The notes under the pieces: generated by a model
Told to the model about the DNA's origin: nothing
Databases searched by the model: none
What the model saw: only the letters and a program-made list of their open reading frames with translations
Program-made: the position numbers and the translations under genes
Origin: a virus
IMG/VR virus record: IMGVR_UViG_3300036861_000632
Coordinates: 1 to 64,000 of that record
Length of the DNA stretch: 64,000 bases
Strand: one strand, 5' to 3'
Part shown: positions 36,125 to 46,607 of the stretch, one piece after another
How positions within the stretch are numbered: position 1 is the first letter of the stretch
How the letters are laid out: every line of letters begins with the position of its first letter

Positions 36125-36870
36125 AGCTTCAAAATCCCTTCCATCGGACAAACCTGCGCGGCCACATCACCAAACTGTTTGAGCAGCATCTCGGTCTGTG
36201 ATGGAATCACGGTATCGGGCATGTGTCGCCCGCGAGTCTTACCATAGAGTCGCATGGCCAGACCACACAGAATTATCTCCAGCTTGGCATCGGTCAGTTC
36301 CGAAGTGACCCGGTGGGCATCGGCGATCAACCCCGTCTCATACTGGTCAATGTCGCGCGGTTCCGGCCGCTTGAGGATTTGGTCCACGGTGCGAATAAGC
36401 ACGACGGCGCGGTTCATCTCGCTGGGCGTCATGCGGCTGCCATCGCCCTTTTCCCAGATGGCCGGCGGAAGCTCCTCCACGAGCCGCGCCGTGCCCAGGA
36501 TGATCTTCTTTGGGTTCACCAGCGAGTAGAATTGCTTGCGGTAATCGCCGCGCTCGCGATGGTTGGCGTCGAGTTCAAGGTTCTCCTGCCGGAACCATTT
36601 GCAGAGCCAATAGTCGGGGTCGGGATCGTCCACGAGCAGGCGCGCGGATTGGAGCGCCGTGATTGGAAGATCGGTGTCGGCCTTGAGCCAGCGCGAGAAG
36701 TTCGCCGCCTGATCTTTGAGGAAGCCACCCGCGCGCCCGTGCAACTCGGCCTGATAATCGAGTTGGACCCACAAGCCGATGAAGATGTGCGTGGCCATCG
36801 GCTCATTGCCGATCCGGGCGACGAGGTTTTGGAACGACGGATGGGATTGGAAATCACGAGGGAGATTCAT
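36121..36870 (-). CDS. Hypothetical protein with an initiator-like N-terminal domain
   Basis: PRDFQSHP...GLW...L pattern recalls phage replication-initiator wHTH domains. Confidence 0.4.
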   Translation of the reverse strand: MNLPRDFQSHPSFQNLVARIGNEPMATHIFIGLWVQLDYQAELHGRAGGFLKDQAANFSRWLKADTDLPITALQSARLLVDDPDPDYWLCKWFRQENLELDANHRERGDYRKQFYSLVNPKKIILGTARLVEELPPAIWEKGDGSRMTPSEMNRAVVLIRTVDQILKRPEPRDIDQYETGLIADAHRVTSELTDAKLEIILCGLAMRLYGKTRGRHMPDTVIPSQTEMLLKQFGDVAAQVCPMEGILKL

Positions 36871-37383
36871 CTCTGAGGTTCCTTGCTTCTGACGTGTCGT
36901 GGCCTTCCTGCCGAAATATCTCGACGAGTTCCATCCCGCAATAGATGGCGTGCTCGAATAGAATCTGGATGCCGCCAAGCTGAAGCGAGTCGAGGCGGTG
37001 CGCCTTGCCGATTTCAAACGCCTTCTTGCGGGCGTGATCCTCCGCCCATTGCCGGAATTTCTCCTTTGGAACCTTGAATTTTTCTTGCGATGCCTTCATG
37101 TCAAAATTTTATGGGTTAGTAGTTCGCTAGTAATTGGAGCGCGTTTCCTCCGCTGATAGAACACGGCCACGTCGGATACTCCAAGCTGCCGGGCAATCGC
37201 CATGTTCGTCTTGCGCCAATCCACGGCGGCCCACAGCGCGCGGCGGGTCAGCTTGGCTCCGGTGAGTCCATATTTAACAAGGTGAACCAAGCAGTAAACA
37301 CCGCCCGCGTAAGCCTCGTTCGGGCAAAGGACGCACAGCCCGGCGGCCCGGTGTCTCAACTGGTAGTCCTGCTGGCGGCTCAC
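36854..37383 (-). CDS. Two small ORFs (36854..37099; 37096..37383 with CxxC plus HTH)
   Basis: DWRKTNMAIARQLGVS HTH and GLCVLC. Confidence 0.5.
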
Positions 37384-40300
37384 AACTCAACTCCGTGGTT
37401 CATTACCAGCCAGAATCGCTCATCGGTATCCGCTGAGAGCACGGTGATGTCCTGCGCCACGACAATCTGCGGGTCGGTCTTCTCGACGTGAATGGTTTCG
37501 CCGACGTTGCCGTTGCCATCGAGCGGGCCTTCCGTGCCGCCCGTGCCGGCGGAGACAGCGCCGACCTTGCGTTCATAGCTGGAAGTCCAGTCATCCGTGA
37601 GCCGCGTCCAGAACGGGCGCGGAAACAGGAAGCATTGCTGCTCGCCGCGTGAGATGACGGCGAGGTTTAGCACTTCGCTCAAGGCCCATTGGTGCCACGT
37701 TTCATCGTCGGGGCCATCGGTGAAGGTGAGCACGGCGGAGGCCCACTGGCCGGCTGGTGAAGTTGTGACTGGGTTTCCAGATGTGAACGCATTGCTGGTG
37801 AGGTCTTGTATTCCTGCCCAATTCGGAACGAAGTTCACCGTCCTGAGATCGTAATTTCCAAACCCGGCTTGAAATGCAACGTAGCCGAACCCACCGGCAC
37901 CAGAAACAATTTGGTGTGGGCCGTGATAGTCAGAGTTGTCAATTGCCAGATATGCGGCGGCCATCAAATGCTCGCGCGGAAAGTCCAGCCGGTCAGTGAT
38001 GTTCCAAATTTCCGGGCGCGAGTTGACAAGATTGGACCCACGCACTTTCCACATGGCTGAATCTGAATCGGCAGCGACCGCGAAAACGAGCAGCTTGGTG
38101 AAACGGGTCAGCGATATTTCATCATCAAACAGGAGGATGGCTCGCGCTGGATAGGCTTCATGCCCGTAAGTCTCGCCGGCTGGCGGTGATGTGATCGTGA
38201 TGGCGGGCCGTGTCACTTCGTCGTAATCGCCGCCCTTGGTGGATGGCAGGCTGACCATGCGGCCATTGCTGCCGCTGAACTTGAAGGTGAATCCAGCGGT
38301 CAATGTTTGGATGCCATCGTTGGCGGTAACAGCCGTGCCGGTGTAGCCCCATCCGCCATCGGTGACAATGAACCTGCCGCGGTGTGTGCCCGGCCACGCG
38401 CCATTCCTGCCCACCCGGCCGGCGCGAAACAGAGAGCCATTAAGAGAGTCCAGCACGCGCTCCACGGCATCGGTTCGCAGCGCCCCGACTTCATCGTAGT
38501 AGTCGGTCGGCAGTGACCCGCTGACCGATACAGCTTGGTTGAAGTTGAATGGTTCAACTTCCACATCCGCAGCCTTCTCCAAGTATGCGAGTGATAGCGG
38601 ACGGCAGACTTCCGTGTAATCGAATTCAACCGCGAGGTCCAAGTCGTCAAGGAACTGCTCCATTGCCGTTCCTACATCCTCGATTGTCACCCATCGGATG
38701 TTTCCGTAAACGGCGCGCAAATCAACCTCAACGCAACCTCCGGGCAGGTTGAGCGTCGAAAAGAAATCAGCGCCGCGATCCCGGTTGTAGCTGTTCTGTG
38801 GAGCCTTGAAGTGGGCGATACCCTTCCGCCCGTGCTCGAAGCGGTCCAATTCGGAGAAGTCAACCGAACAGGCCGCATTCCCGCTGAAGGTCAAATCCCA
38901 ATGCGCAGAGATTGTGCCGGGTGGAATCAACGTCTGACTCGTCACGCTCAGACCGCCAACCGCCCCCATCTTCGCCACGATGACTTGGATTTCATTCTTC
39001 AAGTCAAACTTCGCCAGTTCATCCGGGTCGAAATCGTCCATCGTCTTGATCGGGATGCCCAGCAGTTCGCAGAGCAGTTCCATGTTCGACCCGGACTCGA
39101 ACACGGCGAAGGCGTTCATGGGGATCGGGACTTCCGTGCCGCCGTTGGCGACGCCGTGAAAGCCGGTCGCATCCGCCGTCACGCCCCACTTGGAACTGGT
39201 GTCGAGCGAGACGTAGGTGAAGTTGTCCGGCGTGGGTTCGATGAGGAACTTGATGAACCGCCAGTCGAGCACCTGACCCGTCTTGCGCGCGTTGATCTCA
39301 CGGGCGATGGCGTTGTAGTGCTCGGCACAGAGCGCCATTGATTCGGGCGCGGGTGAATAATTGGTGGGCAGTTCTGTGGCCGCAAAGCCGACACGGTAAA
39401 GATTGTAGAACAGGATGTTCTCGGTCGCGCCGATGTAGGGTGCCAGCAGTGTGAACACATCGTTGTGATGCACCATGATCGAATCGTTGAACTTGGTGAG
39501 TTCTTCGCCGCGAATGCGTTTGAGGATTTGGTACGGGCTACGGCTCAACCGCAGCGGGTTTGCTTTGAAGTCGAGTGAGAAGTCCCTGCCGTCCCATTGC
39601 TCGACGTAACCGCGACAGGGATGCCGGTGATATTTCGGCAGATGGAACGCGGCGCGTCCGGCGTCGGTTTGCAATTCCCCCCAACCGTGGCCGCGGAAGG
39701 TGATCTTGCCTTTGCGCGTGAAGAACTCGCCGTTGATTCCGTCAAGGTTGACCGGGTGAAGGGTGCCTTGCTCAAACACCGCTCCCGTCACGGGCCGGTG
39801 GGCGTAAAGCTTGAACGCGCCGGTTGAGCCGTCTTGGTTCCAGGCGGAGAAAAGGAAGCCGTAACCGTTTACCGTGGTGTCGATTTCAAACGCATCGGCC
39901 AGCACGCTTTCCGTGTAGCGCAACACGAGGCCGGATGGGGTCATGCGGAGCGATTTGTCAGTGTATCCGCTGTACGCTGAGTTCTGTGGACCGCCACGGA
40001 CGCCGAAGTGTTCCAAAGTCGCCAGCAAGGTCGCAACCGTTGTCGATTGCGGCGTGGTGATCGGCAGTGCTCCGCCATTCGTGCCCGTGTAGTAAGTGCG
40101 GGCGACGCCACGAAGTTCGTAAACGTCCGCCGATACTGGAACTGCCGTGTCGCCGGGAATCAGATGGTAGGTGCGATTCTGCGTCGTGGTCGCCCGCACG
40201 ATTGGCCCGCCGATGAAGCGGCGCGAGGAATTGGAGAGAGCATAATCGGCTGTCGTCGTGAGTCGCCAGTAATCGGGGTTTTGCAATGGCGGTTTGTTCA

Positions 40301-41834
40301 GGCTCGCCTGCATGGCTTCCCAGTAAAGTTCGTGGTCGAAAACGACTGCGCCGAGGCCGTAATTGATGACCGAACTCCAATCTTCCACGGCGACCGGATT
40401 GCCCTCGAATATAGCCGACTCCAGCAAATAGGGTGAAGTGATGTCCAGCACGACCGCAGGAACGTCATTGCCGCGCTTGAGCAGGTTGGTGGACAGCGAA
40501 ATCAAATCGACGTGCGAGTAGAGCGCGTCCGGCGGGTAGCTCAACTTGAGCGGCCCGCTCGCATCCGCAACCACGGTGATGCCCTTGGCCGCGAAGTCGG
40601 CCACGATAGTTTCGTAGCCGTTGAACGTCACCTTCTCGAAGATCGTGCGCTTCGTGCCCGTCGGATAACCTTCCACGTCGGCCGCGAGCACCTTGGCCAG
40701 AAGCAGGTCGCCCTTGTGATGAATCAGGTCGCCAATCAACGTCGCCGGATTGTCCGCCGCGCCGAATTGCGGGTTGGCCGGGCCGCAATCGGTTTGCTCG
40801 TGTTCATCCTCGAAGAAATACGCCCGCTTGATCGTGTTGTCGGGCGGTTGATTCTGGCCGGTGTTGGTGAAGTGCTTGCACCATTGGCCGAGGATTTGCG
40901 GGTTGGCCAGATTGTTCGCCCACGAGGAACCACTGACTGAGTTAGGGCCGGGCCACCAGAACGAACGCGGATCGCCCGGCTCGAACAACCAGAAGTAGGG
41001 CAACTGCAACCGGGCGTTCTGGCCGTCGGGATCGCGCCGCACGCACATGCAGCGGAGCGGCGGCAGGTCGAACACGAGCGCGCCGAATTGCACCGTCAGC
41101 TTGAACAGCGACAGGTTGTGGACCCGGAAGAAGTTGTACTTGGTCCACGCGGAATCGCATTCCCAAGTGCCGTCTTCTTCAAGGCCGTCCACGATGATCT
41201 CGGCCACGGCGAAGTTGTGGCGGCGTTCCGCCTGGCCATAAACTTTGACCGGCCAATCGGATACAGGTTCGCCCGCGAACTGCTGCCGGAAATAATAGGG
41301 CACCGGCTCGTCATCGGCCTCGCCCTGGAACTCGACGTAGTGCGCCTCCAGTGAATCATCGAACGTCAGGGTGGTATCCGTGATGGCGAGATGCCGGTCT
41401 TCGTCGTGTTCGATGACGTTGGCCGCGGCGGCGAGGGCCGTGAAGGGAGCGTGATCGTAACTGCGACCGAGATAGGGCGGCACGTAGGGAACGGCGTCCT
41501 GATTGTCAACATCGGTGCGGTCCACTCCGCCCCAGTTGACCGGCACGGTGTTGAGCACGGCATAGCCCGGAAAGGCCGTCGCGTAAAGGGTTGGCTTTCC
41601 GTTCAGGAAGAAGAAGTTCTTGCCGAGCAAATCAGCCGGCAATCGAGCGCAACGAAGCTTGTCCGAGCTTGTGGCGAACCCGCCGCTGATGGCATCGAAG
41701 TAGGTGGTGGGTTGAGCAACAGCCGGCGACAGCCCAAACAGCAGCTTGGCCAGCTTGTCGTTCAACTCGCGCACGAGCAGGTTCATCCGCACGTAGTCGG
41801 GGCGTTCTCCGCCGGTGAGGTAGGCGATGCTCAC
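37380..41834 (-). CDS. Large virion protein (putative tail tip/central fibre), 1484 aa
   Basis: Acidic and beta-rich; contains a CBM5/12-like Y..G.VV....YW.A....P.....YW motif; coupled to the 827-aa ORF. Confidence 0.55.
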   Translation of the reverse strand: MSIAYLTGGERPDYVRMNLLVRELNDKLAKLLFGLSPAVAQPTTYFDAISGGFATSSDKLRCARLPADLLGKNFFFLNGKPTLYATAFPGYAVLNTVPVNWGGVDRTDVDNQDAVPYVPPYLGRSYDHAPFTALAAAANVIEHDEDRHLAITDTTLTFDDSLEAHYVEFQGEADDEPVPYYFRQQFAGEPVSDWPVKVYGQAERRHNFAVAEIIVDGLEEDGTWECDSAWTKYNFFRVHNLSLFKLTVQFGALVFDLPPLRCMCVRRDPDGQNARLQLPYFWLFEPGDPRSFWWPGPNSVSGSSWANNLANPQILGQWCKHFTNTGQNQPPDNTIKRAYFFEDEHEQTDCGPANPQFGAADNPATLIGDLIHHKGDLLLAKVLAADVEGYPTGTKRTIFEKVTFNGYETIVADFAAKGITVVADASGPLKLSYPPDALYSHVDLISLSTNLLKRGNDVPAVVLDITSPYLLESAIFEGNPVAVEDWSSVINYGLGAVVFDHELYWEAMQASLNKPPLQNPDYWRLTTTADYALSNSSRRFIGGPIVRATTTQNRTYHLIPGDTAVPVSADVYELRGVARTYYTGTNGGALPITTPQSTTVATLLATLEHFGVRGGPQNSAYSGYTDKSLRMTPSGLVLRYTESVLADAFEIDTTVNGYGFLFSAWNQDGSTGAFKLYAHRPVTGAVFEQGTLHPVNLDGINGEFFTRKGKITFRGHGWGELQTDAGRAAFHLPKYHRHPCRGYVEQWDGRDFSLDFKANPLRLSRSPYQILKRIRGEELTKFNDSIMVHHNDVFTLLAPYIGATENILFYNLYRVGFAATELPTNYSPAPESMALCAEHYNAIAREINARKTGQVLDWRFIKFLIEPTPDNFTYVSLDTSSKWGVTADATGFHGVANGGTEVPIPMNAFAVFESGSNMELLCELLGIPIKTMDDFDPDELAKFDLKNEIQVIVAKMGAVGGLSVTSQTLIPPGTISAHWDLTFSGNAACSVDFSELDRFEHGRKGIAHFKAPQNSYNRDRGADFFSTLNLPGGCVEVDLRAVYGNIRWVTIEDVGTAMEQFLDDLDLAVEFDYTEVCRPLSLAYLEKAADVEVEPFNFNQAVSVSGSLPTDYYDEVGALRTDAVERVLDSLNGSLFRAGRVGRNGAWPGTHRGRFIVTDGGWGYTGTAVTANDGIQTLTAGFTFKFSGSNGRMVSLPSTKGGDYDEVTRPAITITSPPAGETYGHEAYPARAILLFDDEISLTRFTKLLVFAVAADSDSAMWKVRGSNLVNSRPEIWNITDRLDFPREHLMAAAYLAIDNSDYHGPHQIVSGAGGFGYVAFQAGFGNYDLRTVNFVPNWAGIQDLTSNAFTSGNPVTTSPAGQWASAVLTFTDGPDDETWHQWALSEVLNLAVISRGEQQCFLFPRPFWTRLTDDWTSSYERKVGAVSAGTGGTEGPLDGNGNVGETIHVEKTDPQIVVAQDITVLSADTDERFWLVMNHGVEL

Positions 41835-44314
41835 GGCAACCAGATGGGTTCTTGTTCCACCGCCGCCGATGCCCCCAGCCGCACGAGAATCAGCTTGATC
41901 GCATCGTCCTCGATCTCTTGCAGGGCCGTGCCCACGCTGGGCGTGCCGTCCGCCGCGAGATAGCCGGTGCCATCCGGCCCGCGTCCAATCGGATCGTTCG
42001 CCTCAATCGGGCCTTGGACTTGGGCCAACGCTTCGCCGTGGTCAATCGTCGGAATCGTCGCATCGGACGGCTCCTGATGCCGCGTCGTGACGCCCGCGAA
42101 GATCGTGTGATCCGGCGTCGTGTTGGCCGGAAGCACGGGGCGGCTTTCGCGGTCAGTTTCTTCCTCCTCCGGCAGCTTGCGCTTTTTCCATAGTGGTACA
42201 CCGACCAGCAACTTCGTATCCGCATCCCCATCCTTGAGCGTGACGTGCTTTGTCGGCGTCTGCGTCAGGCCGATGAACCCACGGAAGGCATTCGTCAGCG
42301 TCTTGCGCGCCTTCGAGTCCTGATTCAACGCCGCCGCCGTCAGCTTGTGAATGTTGGCCGTCGCGCGAAGTTGCTCCTGTCCGGGCAACAGCGTGTTCAA
42401 CCGCGAGGTCCGGTCAAGATGTCGTTCCGGCACGTAGGTAGCACGCGGTTTCTCGGATGTGAACTGAACCGTCTCCTGCCCGCCATCCGGGGACACTTGC
42501 ACGACGATCCGGTCCATCTGCGTCGTCAACGCCGTGCCCGCCGGATAATTGCCGCTCTCATCCGGCGTCGGGTAGTTGACGTGCCGGCCACAGCGATACA
42601 CGAACTGGCCGTTGAGCAGCGCGTTGGCGATGTCTTGGGCCTTCGCGCTGGCCAGATCACCGTCCGCATAGGGAATCTCCGCCGGGATGAAGCCAACGGC
42701 CCCGGCGAACTCCGCGCACAACCCGGAGACATTCTCACAGCCATCGCGCGTGCCCACGCCCACGACGTAGCTGAATATTTCCGCCTCGAAGACGAGCGCC
42801 GCGCGCACATTGGGAATGCCAATCGTGGGTCGCGCCTTGAACACCGCGTAGCCATCAATGAGATCCACCAAATCCTCTGACCTGATGATCGGCTCGGCAA
42901 ACAGCAGGTAGCCCACCTCGCCATCGCCGCTGTCGTCGATTTGGAACTCGTGATGTTCCCACACGTCCTGAGTGTTCTTCCAGTCGGCGATCTTGAACCG
43001 TTCGGGCCGGATGGTGGCGAACAAATCCTTGCCCACCTGATAGCCCCGCACGATGGCGTAACCGTTCCCCGCGGGCGGGTCCGCGGGAAACCACGACATG
43101 AGGCCGGTGGACGGATCGTGAGTGACGGAGGCCACCATCCGGTCAGAGATCGACAGGGACTGTTGCGGGATCAGCCGGCCGTAGCCGTTGAGCAGGTTGT
43201 AATTGGACGGCACGCGGAAGGCGCGAAAGAGGATGGCGTTGATGTAGAGAGCGGCCGGCATGTCGAGCCGCGACTTGCCGGCGAATCGCCGGTAGTCATC
43301 CCAAGTGTTGTGGTTGCCGCGCAATTCCGCGTATTCCCAGACGGTAATCTCCGCCGCCCGCGCCGCCGCAAGTTGCTGCGTAATGAGCCGGTCGGGATCG
43401 TCGTCATCGCTGACGGCCGTAAAGAGCGTGCCGGCGGCATAGTTCGTTGAACCGATCGTCATGCCAGAGGTCAACTTCCCGCGAGCATAGATGTCATCCT
43501 GAAACACGTAGAAGTCATAGAAGGCTTCCCAAGCGCCGTTCCAATCCGGCACCAGATTGAGGTTGTGAACCTGGTAGCGGTTGCGTTCGCCCAGCACCCG
43601 GATGCGCGTCGGGTTGGTGGACATCGCCCCGCCATCCTCGCGATGGTCGCTCGTGGCCGGAAACGTGATCGCTGTGCCTTCGCCTTTACGGCCCCAAGTG
43701 AGATGGAAATAATCCGAGAGCGTGAACGTCAATCCCTGCTTGTCGCTCACTTCCTGCAAGGCTTGGCGCAAGGACGGCCCGCCGAGGAAGTCCAGATTGT
43801 AAACCGGCTGGTTTTGGTCGGCATGATAGGACGTGATCCAGAGGTCTTCGGTCGTCGGCGCCGAGAGCAGGAAGTTGATGATCTGCGAGGCGGTATAGGG
43901 GTCGGTCGTGAAGGTCTTGGTTAGCGTGTTGAAGTTGACCGGCAGGACGTGCCAGTAGCGGCGCGTCAGGACGCCATTAACCAGTTTGATTTCTTCCTTG
44001 TTGAACGCGCAGTAGGCACGGTCCCATTCGAGGTAGTCGCGCAGATCAACGAAGCTCAGGGTTTTGTCCTTGCCCTGCGAACTGTTCACATCCTTCACTT
44101 GCCGGCATGAACCCCAAAACGTGTGGCCGAGCAATTCGATCTTGAGGATGCTCGCTTCCGGCACGGCATCGCCCACATAGACGATCTCCGCCGTGCCCGG
44201 CTCGCTGCCCCACGCCTTCACGAACGTCGCCGACTGCGCGTAATAGACCGTGCTGACTCCGCCGCCGCCACGGTGGCCGAGGATGGGCAGGACGTTGATC
44301 TTGGCGCGGGGCAT
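41831..44314 (-). CDS. Putative tail hub/baseplate protein, 827 aa
   Basis: FWG...D.RD.L and SLRQALQEV...G patterns of hub/Tal proteins. Confidence 0.5.
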   Translation of the reverse strand: MPRAKINVLPILGHRGGGGVSTVYYAQSATFVKAWGSEPGTAEIVYVGDAVPEASILKIELLGHTFWGSCRQVKDVNSSQGKDKTLSFVDLRDYLEWDRAYCAFNKEEIKLVNGVLTRRYWHVLPVNFNTLTKTFTTDPYTASQIINFLLSAPTTEDLWITSYHADQNQPVYNLDFLGGPSLRQALQEVSDKQGLTFTLSDYFHLTWGRKGEGTAITFPATSDHREDGGAMSTNPTRIRVLGERNRYQVHNLNLVPDWNGAWEAFYDFYVFQDDIYARGKLTSGMTIGSTNYAAGTLFTAVSDDDDPDRLITQQLAAARAAEITVWEYAELRGNHNTWDDYRRFAGKSRLDMPAALYINAILFRAFRVPSNYNLLNGYGRLIPQQSLSISDRMVASVTHDPSTGLMSWFPADPPAGNGYAIVRGYQVGKDLFATIRPERFKIADWKNTQDVWEHHEFQIDDSGDGEVGYLLFAEPIIRSEDLVDLIDGYAVFKARPTIGIPNVRAALVFEAEIFSYVVGVGTRDGCENVSGLCAEFAGAVGFIPAEIPYADGDLASAKAQDIANALLNGQFVYRCGRHVNYPTPDESGNYPAGTALTTQMDRIVVQVSPDGGQETVQFTSEKPRATYVPERHLDRTSRLNTLLPGQEQLRATANIHKLTAAALNQDSKARKTLTNAFRGFIGLTQTPTKHVTLKDGDADTKLLVGVPLWKKRKLPEEEETDRESRPVLPANTTPDHTIFAGVTTRHQEPSDATIPTIDHGEALAQVQGPIEANDPIGRGPDGTGYLAADGTPSVGTALQEIEDDAIKLILVRLGASAAVEQEPIWLP

Positions 44315-44316
44315 GG

Positions 44317-44631
44317 TCAGGCCGTTTTAGGCAATCGCTGAACCCAGCCCGGATGGGCGTTGTGGCCACGGAACCGCGTGGCGATGAAGTTGTGCGAATT
44401 CCGAAAGTGATTCGGAGTATATGCGCCTTTCTTTTTTGCCTTCATCATTCTGGTCAGCTTGTTCGCGTATTCCGCCTTCGCCGCCTTCACCTTGAGAATC
44501 GCCTCGCGCCGGTTTGGCTCAGGTATCCTGCTGCAATCAATCACCACGCCGTAGTAATCCTCCAGCCGCCACGCCCACTTGCCAGTACTAAGCTGGCGGA
44601 CGATACCGCGAACTTCAGTTGGTTCACTCAT
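44317..44631 (-). CDS. Hypothetical protein
   Basis: 104-aa ORF in operon context. Confidence 0.45.
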   Translation of the reverse strand: MSEPTEVRGIVRQLSTGKWAWRLEDYYGVVIDCSRIPEPNRREAILKVKAAKAEYANKLTRMMKAKKKGAYTPNHFRNSHNFIATRFRGHNAHPGWVQRLPKTA

Positions 44632-44691
44632 TCAATGGGCGGTTGCATTTCTATCGAATACCCGTTCTTTAGGCCGCTTGCAATCTCGGCG

Positions 44692-45069
44692 TCAAGTTGC
44701 TCCAACAAAGTCAAGGAACTCTTGGAACGAGTAAACCACGCGATGCTTATGCTCTAAGGCCAGCAGAACGTGCCGCGTGATGGCTTGGTCTTTTGTAAGC
44801 TTGGCACCGCGCCGCTTCACCTCAACCCAATAGACAACACCACCGGGAGCCGCACAGATAAAATCGCAGACCCCGCTTTGGGTCGTCGTCGCCTGATCCA
44901 TGCGCGAATGCACGGCATACCAGCGGCGTCTCTGCAACTCGGCCGCGATTTGCTCATGCAGCTTGGATTCTCGCTCGCAGCCCTCTTTCGCGGCAACCGG
45001 CTGTCCACGATTTGTCTTGGCCAGTTGCCGGGCTTGCATGGCCTCGAATTGGGCGGGGGAGATTCCCAT
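44692..45069 (-). CDS. VRR-NUC domain nuclease
   Basis: ESKLH, GVCDF, WVEVK and LT..Q. Confidence 0.8.
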   Translation of the reverse strand: MGISPAQFEAMQARQLAKTNRGQPVAAKEGCERESKLHEQIAAELQRRRWYAVHSRMDQATTTQSGVCDFICAAPGGVVYWVEVKRRGAKLTKDQAITRHVLLALEHKHRVVYSFQEFLDFVGAT

Positions 45070-45072
45070 TTA

Positions 45073-45567
45073 TTATTTAGAGCTTAGATGCCACTGGCTA
45101 CAGTAGTAACACAGGTAAACCCTGAATGCTCTGACGCTACAGTCAGGCTCAGAGAGAATCCGCGCAGCCCGGACGTTGGCCGCTTCAGCGGTCTTGAAGC
45201 AGACCTTTTTGGTTGGTCCACATCTAAGAAACTGCGCGCTTTTTTGCTCGTTCTTCCATTTTACGTTACCGCGCATGGCAATGCCTTGTCATTGGCAGGC
45301 CCGGTCACGCTTTGTGTATTTTCTAGGTTCTTCGTATTCGCTCGCATGAGTCCACGACCACCAGACCTTGCCGGTGCGGTCGGTATATTTGAGCAGCGCA
45401 CACCGTCCGCGACGGTAGAGCTTTTCGATTTCTACCACCGTGCCGGATTTGATGACGACACCCGGCTTGAACAGGTCGTCATCCTCATTGCCGCGCCGAA
45501 GATAAAACATCGAGTCTTTCTCGACCTGCCACCGCCCGATGCGCTTGGCGTCTCTCAGGTCTTGCAT
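45073..45567 (-). CDS. Two small hypothetical ORFs (45073..45276 with YLCYYCSQWHL; 45289..45567)
   Basis: ORF track and packing. Confidence 0.45.
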
Positions 45568-45581
45568 TGTTATCTTTGTTC

Positions 45582-46607
45582 TCACACTTTGATTTCCACC
45601 CTTTCCTCTTTTTCTTCCTCCGGCTCCGGCTCGTGAAACACAGCCATCTGATCCACGGTTCCAAGGATCATCCATGGTTCCGGCGCGCACAGTGTCCAGC
45701 CGTTGATGCCATTCGTGGAATCATCGTAGCCCGGCCAGCGGTCCTCCGCCAGACAGCGCGCGTACAGCTTGAGGGCGAGGCGATAGTTCGCGCGCCCGAT
45801 CTGCACGTATTCATCCGTGGCCAGTTCCCGTCCCGGCTCGAAGGGCCGTTTGTTTTCCTGAATGGCCCATGCCCAGTCAATCCGGTTCTCGCCCGTCGCC
45901 TTGTTGTAAACGTCCAGATAGAGCGCCGCCTGCGTATGGTAGTGGTAATCGAACACGGAACGTTTCCAGCGCCGGGGATTGACGCTCTTGGCCGTCTTGT
46001 AATCCGCCAGCCGCCGCCCGAATTCGGGATGCTTCACGTCCGGCTTGAGGTCGATCAATGTCTTGATGGGGATGGTCAGCCCGGTGGCCTTGTCCACGTA
46101 TTCCGCCGTGCAATAGACCTGACGCTCGGAACAGTCGATCAACTCTTTGATCTTCGCGTCGTTCAACAGTGCGGTGCGGGCGTCGAGCGCGTCCTTCTTG
46201 AGCTTCGTGTTGACGACCGTGCGCCCGGCTTCCTTCTGTTCGGCTTTCCACGCCTTGCAGACGTTCGCGTTGCCGGACCAGTCCTTGATCTCGCCTTTGT
46301 CGTTCCGGTACGTCAGCGGCGTCTCGACGAACTTCTTGACGAACTGTTCCGGGGTGATGATGAGGCAGTCGAGGCAGTTGCCAAACACCAGCGAGGGCGA
46401 TTCCTTTTCGTCCTCGTCTTCCTCCACTTCACCAACCCGCCAGCGATGCGGGCATTCGAGGAAGTCCATCAACTCGCCGCGCGACATGACGAACTCTTTG
46501 TCGCCGCGTCGGGCGGTCTGCTTGTGGTAAACCGCCGGGTCGAAGTTCGCGCCGACGACCTTGGCGGTGACGAACGGGCTGGGGAGTTCGGTGGGTGGGG
46601 CGCTCAC
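45582..46607 (-). CDS. RecE-like PD-(D/E)XK exonuclease (DUF3799 type)
   Basis: KTLID, DYKT and YHTQAALY. Confidence 0.85.
   Translation of the reverse strand: MSAPPTELPSPFVTAKVVGANFDPAVYHKQTARRGDKEFVMSRGELMDFLECPHRWRVGEVEEDEDEKESPSLVFGNCLDCLIITPEQFVKKFVETPLTYRNDKGEIKDWSGNANVCKAWKAEQKEAGRTVVNTKLKKDALDARTALLNDAKIKELIDCSERQVYCTAEYVDKATGLTIPIKTLIDLKPDVKHPEFGRRLADYKTAKSVNPRRWKRSVFDYHYHTQAALYLDVYNKATGENRIDWAWAIQENKRPFEPGRELATDEYVQIGRANYRLALKLYARCLAEDRWPGYDDSTNGINGWTLCAPEPWMILGTVDQMAVFHEPEPEEEKEERVEIKV

Noticed and set aside
45582-46607. Cas4 call
   Set aside because: It lacks the C-terminal Cys cluster, and its context beside an AAA_24 ATPase fits a RecE-like exonuclease.
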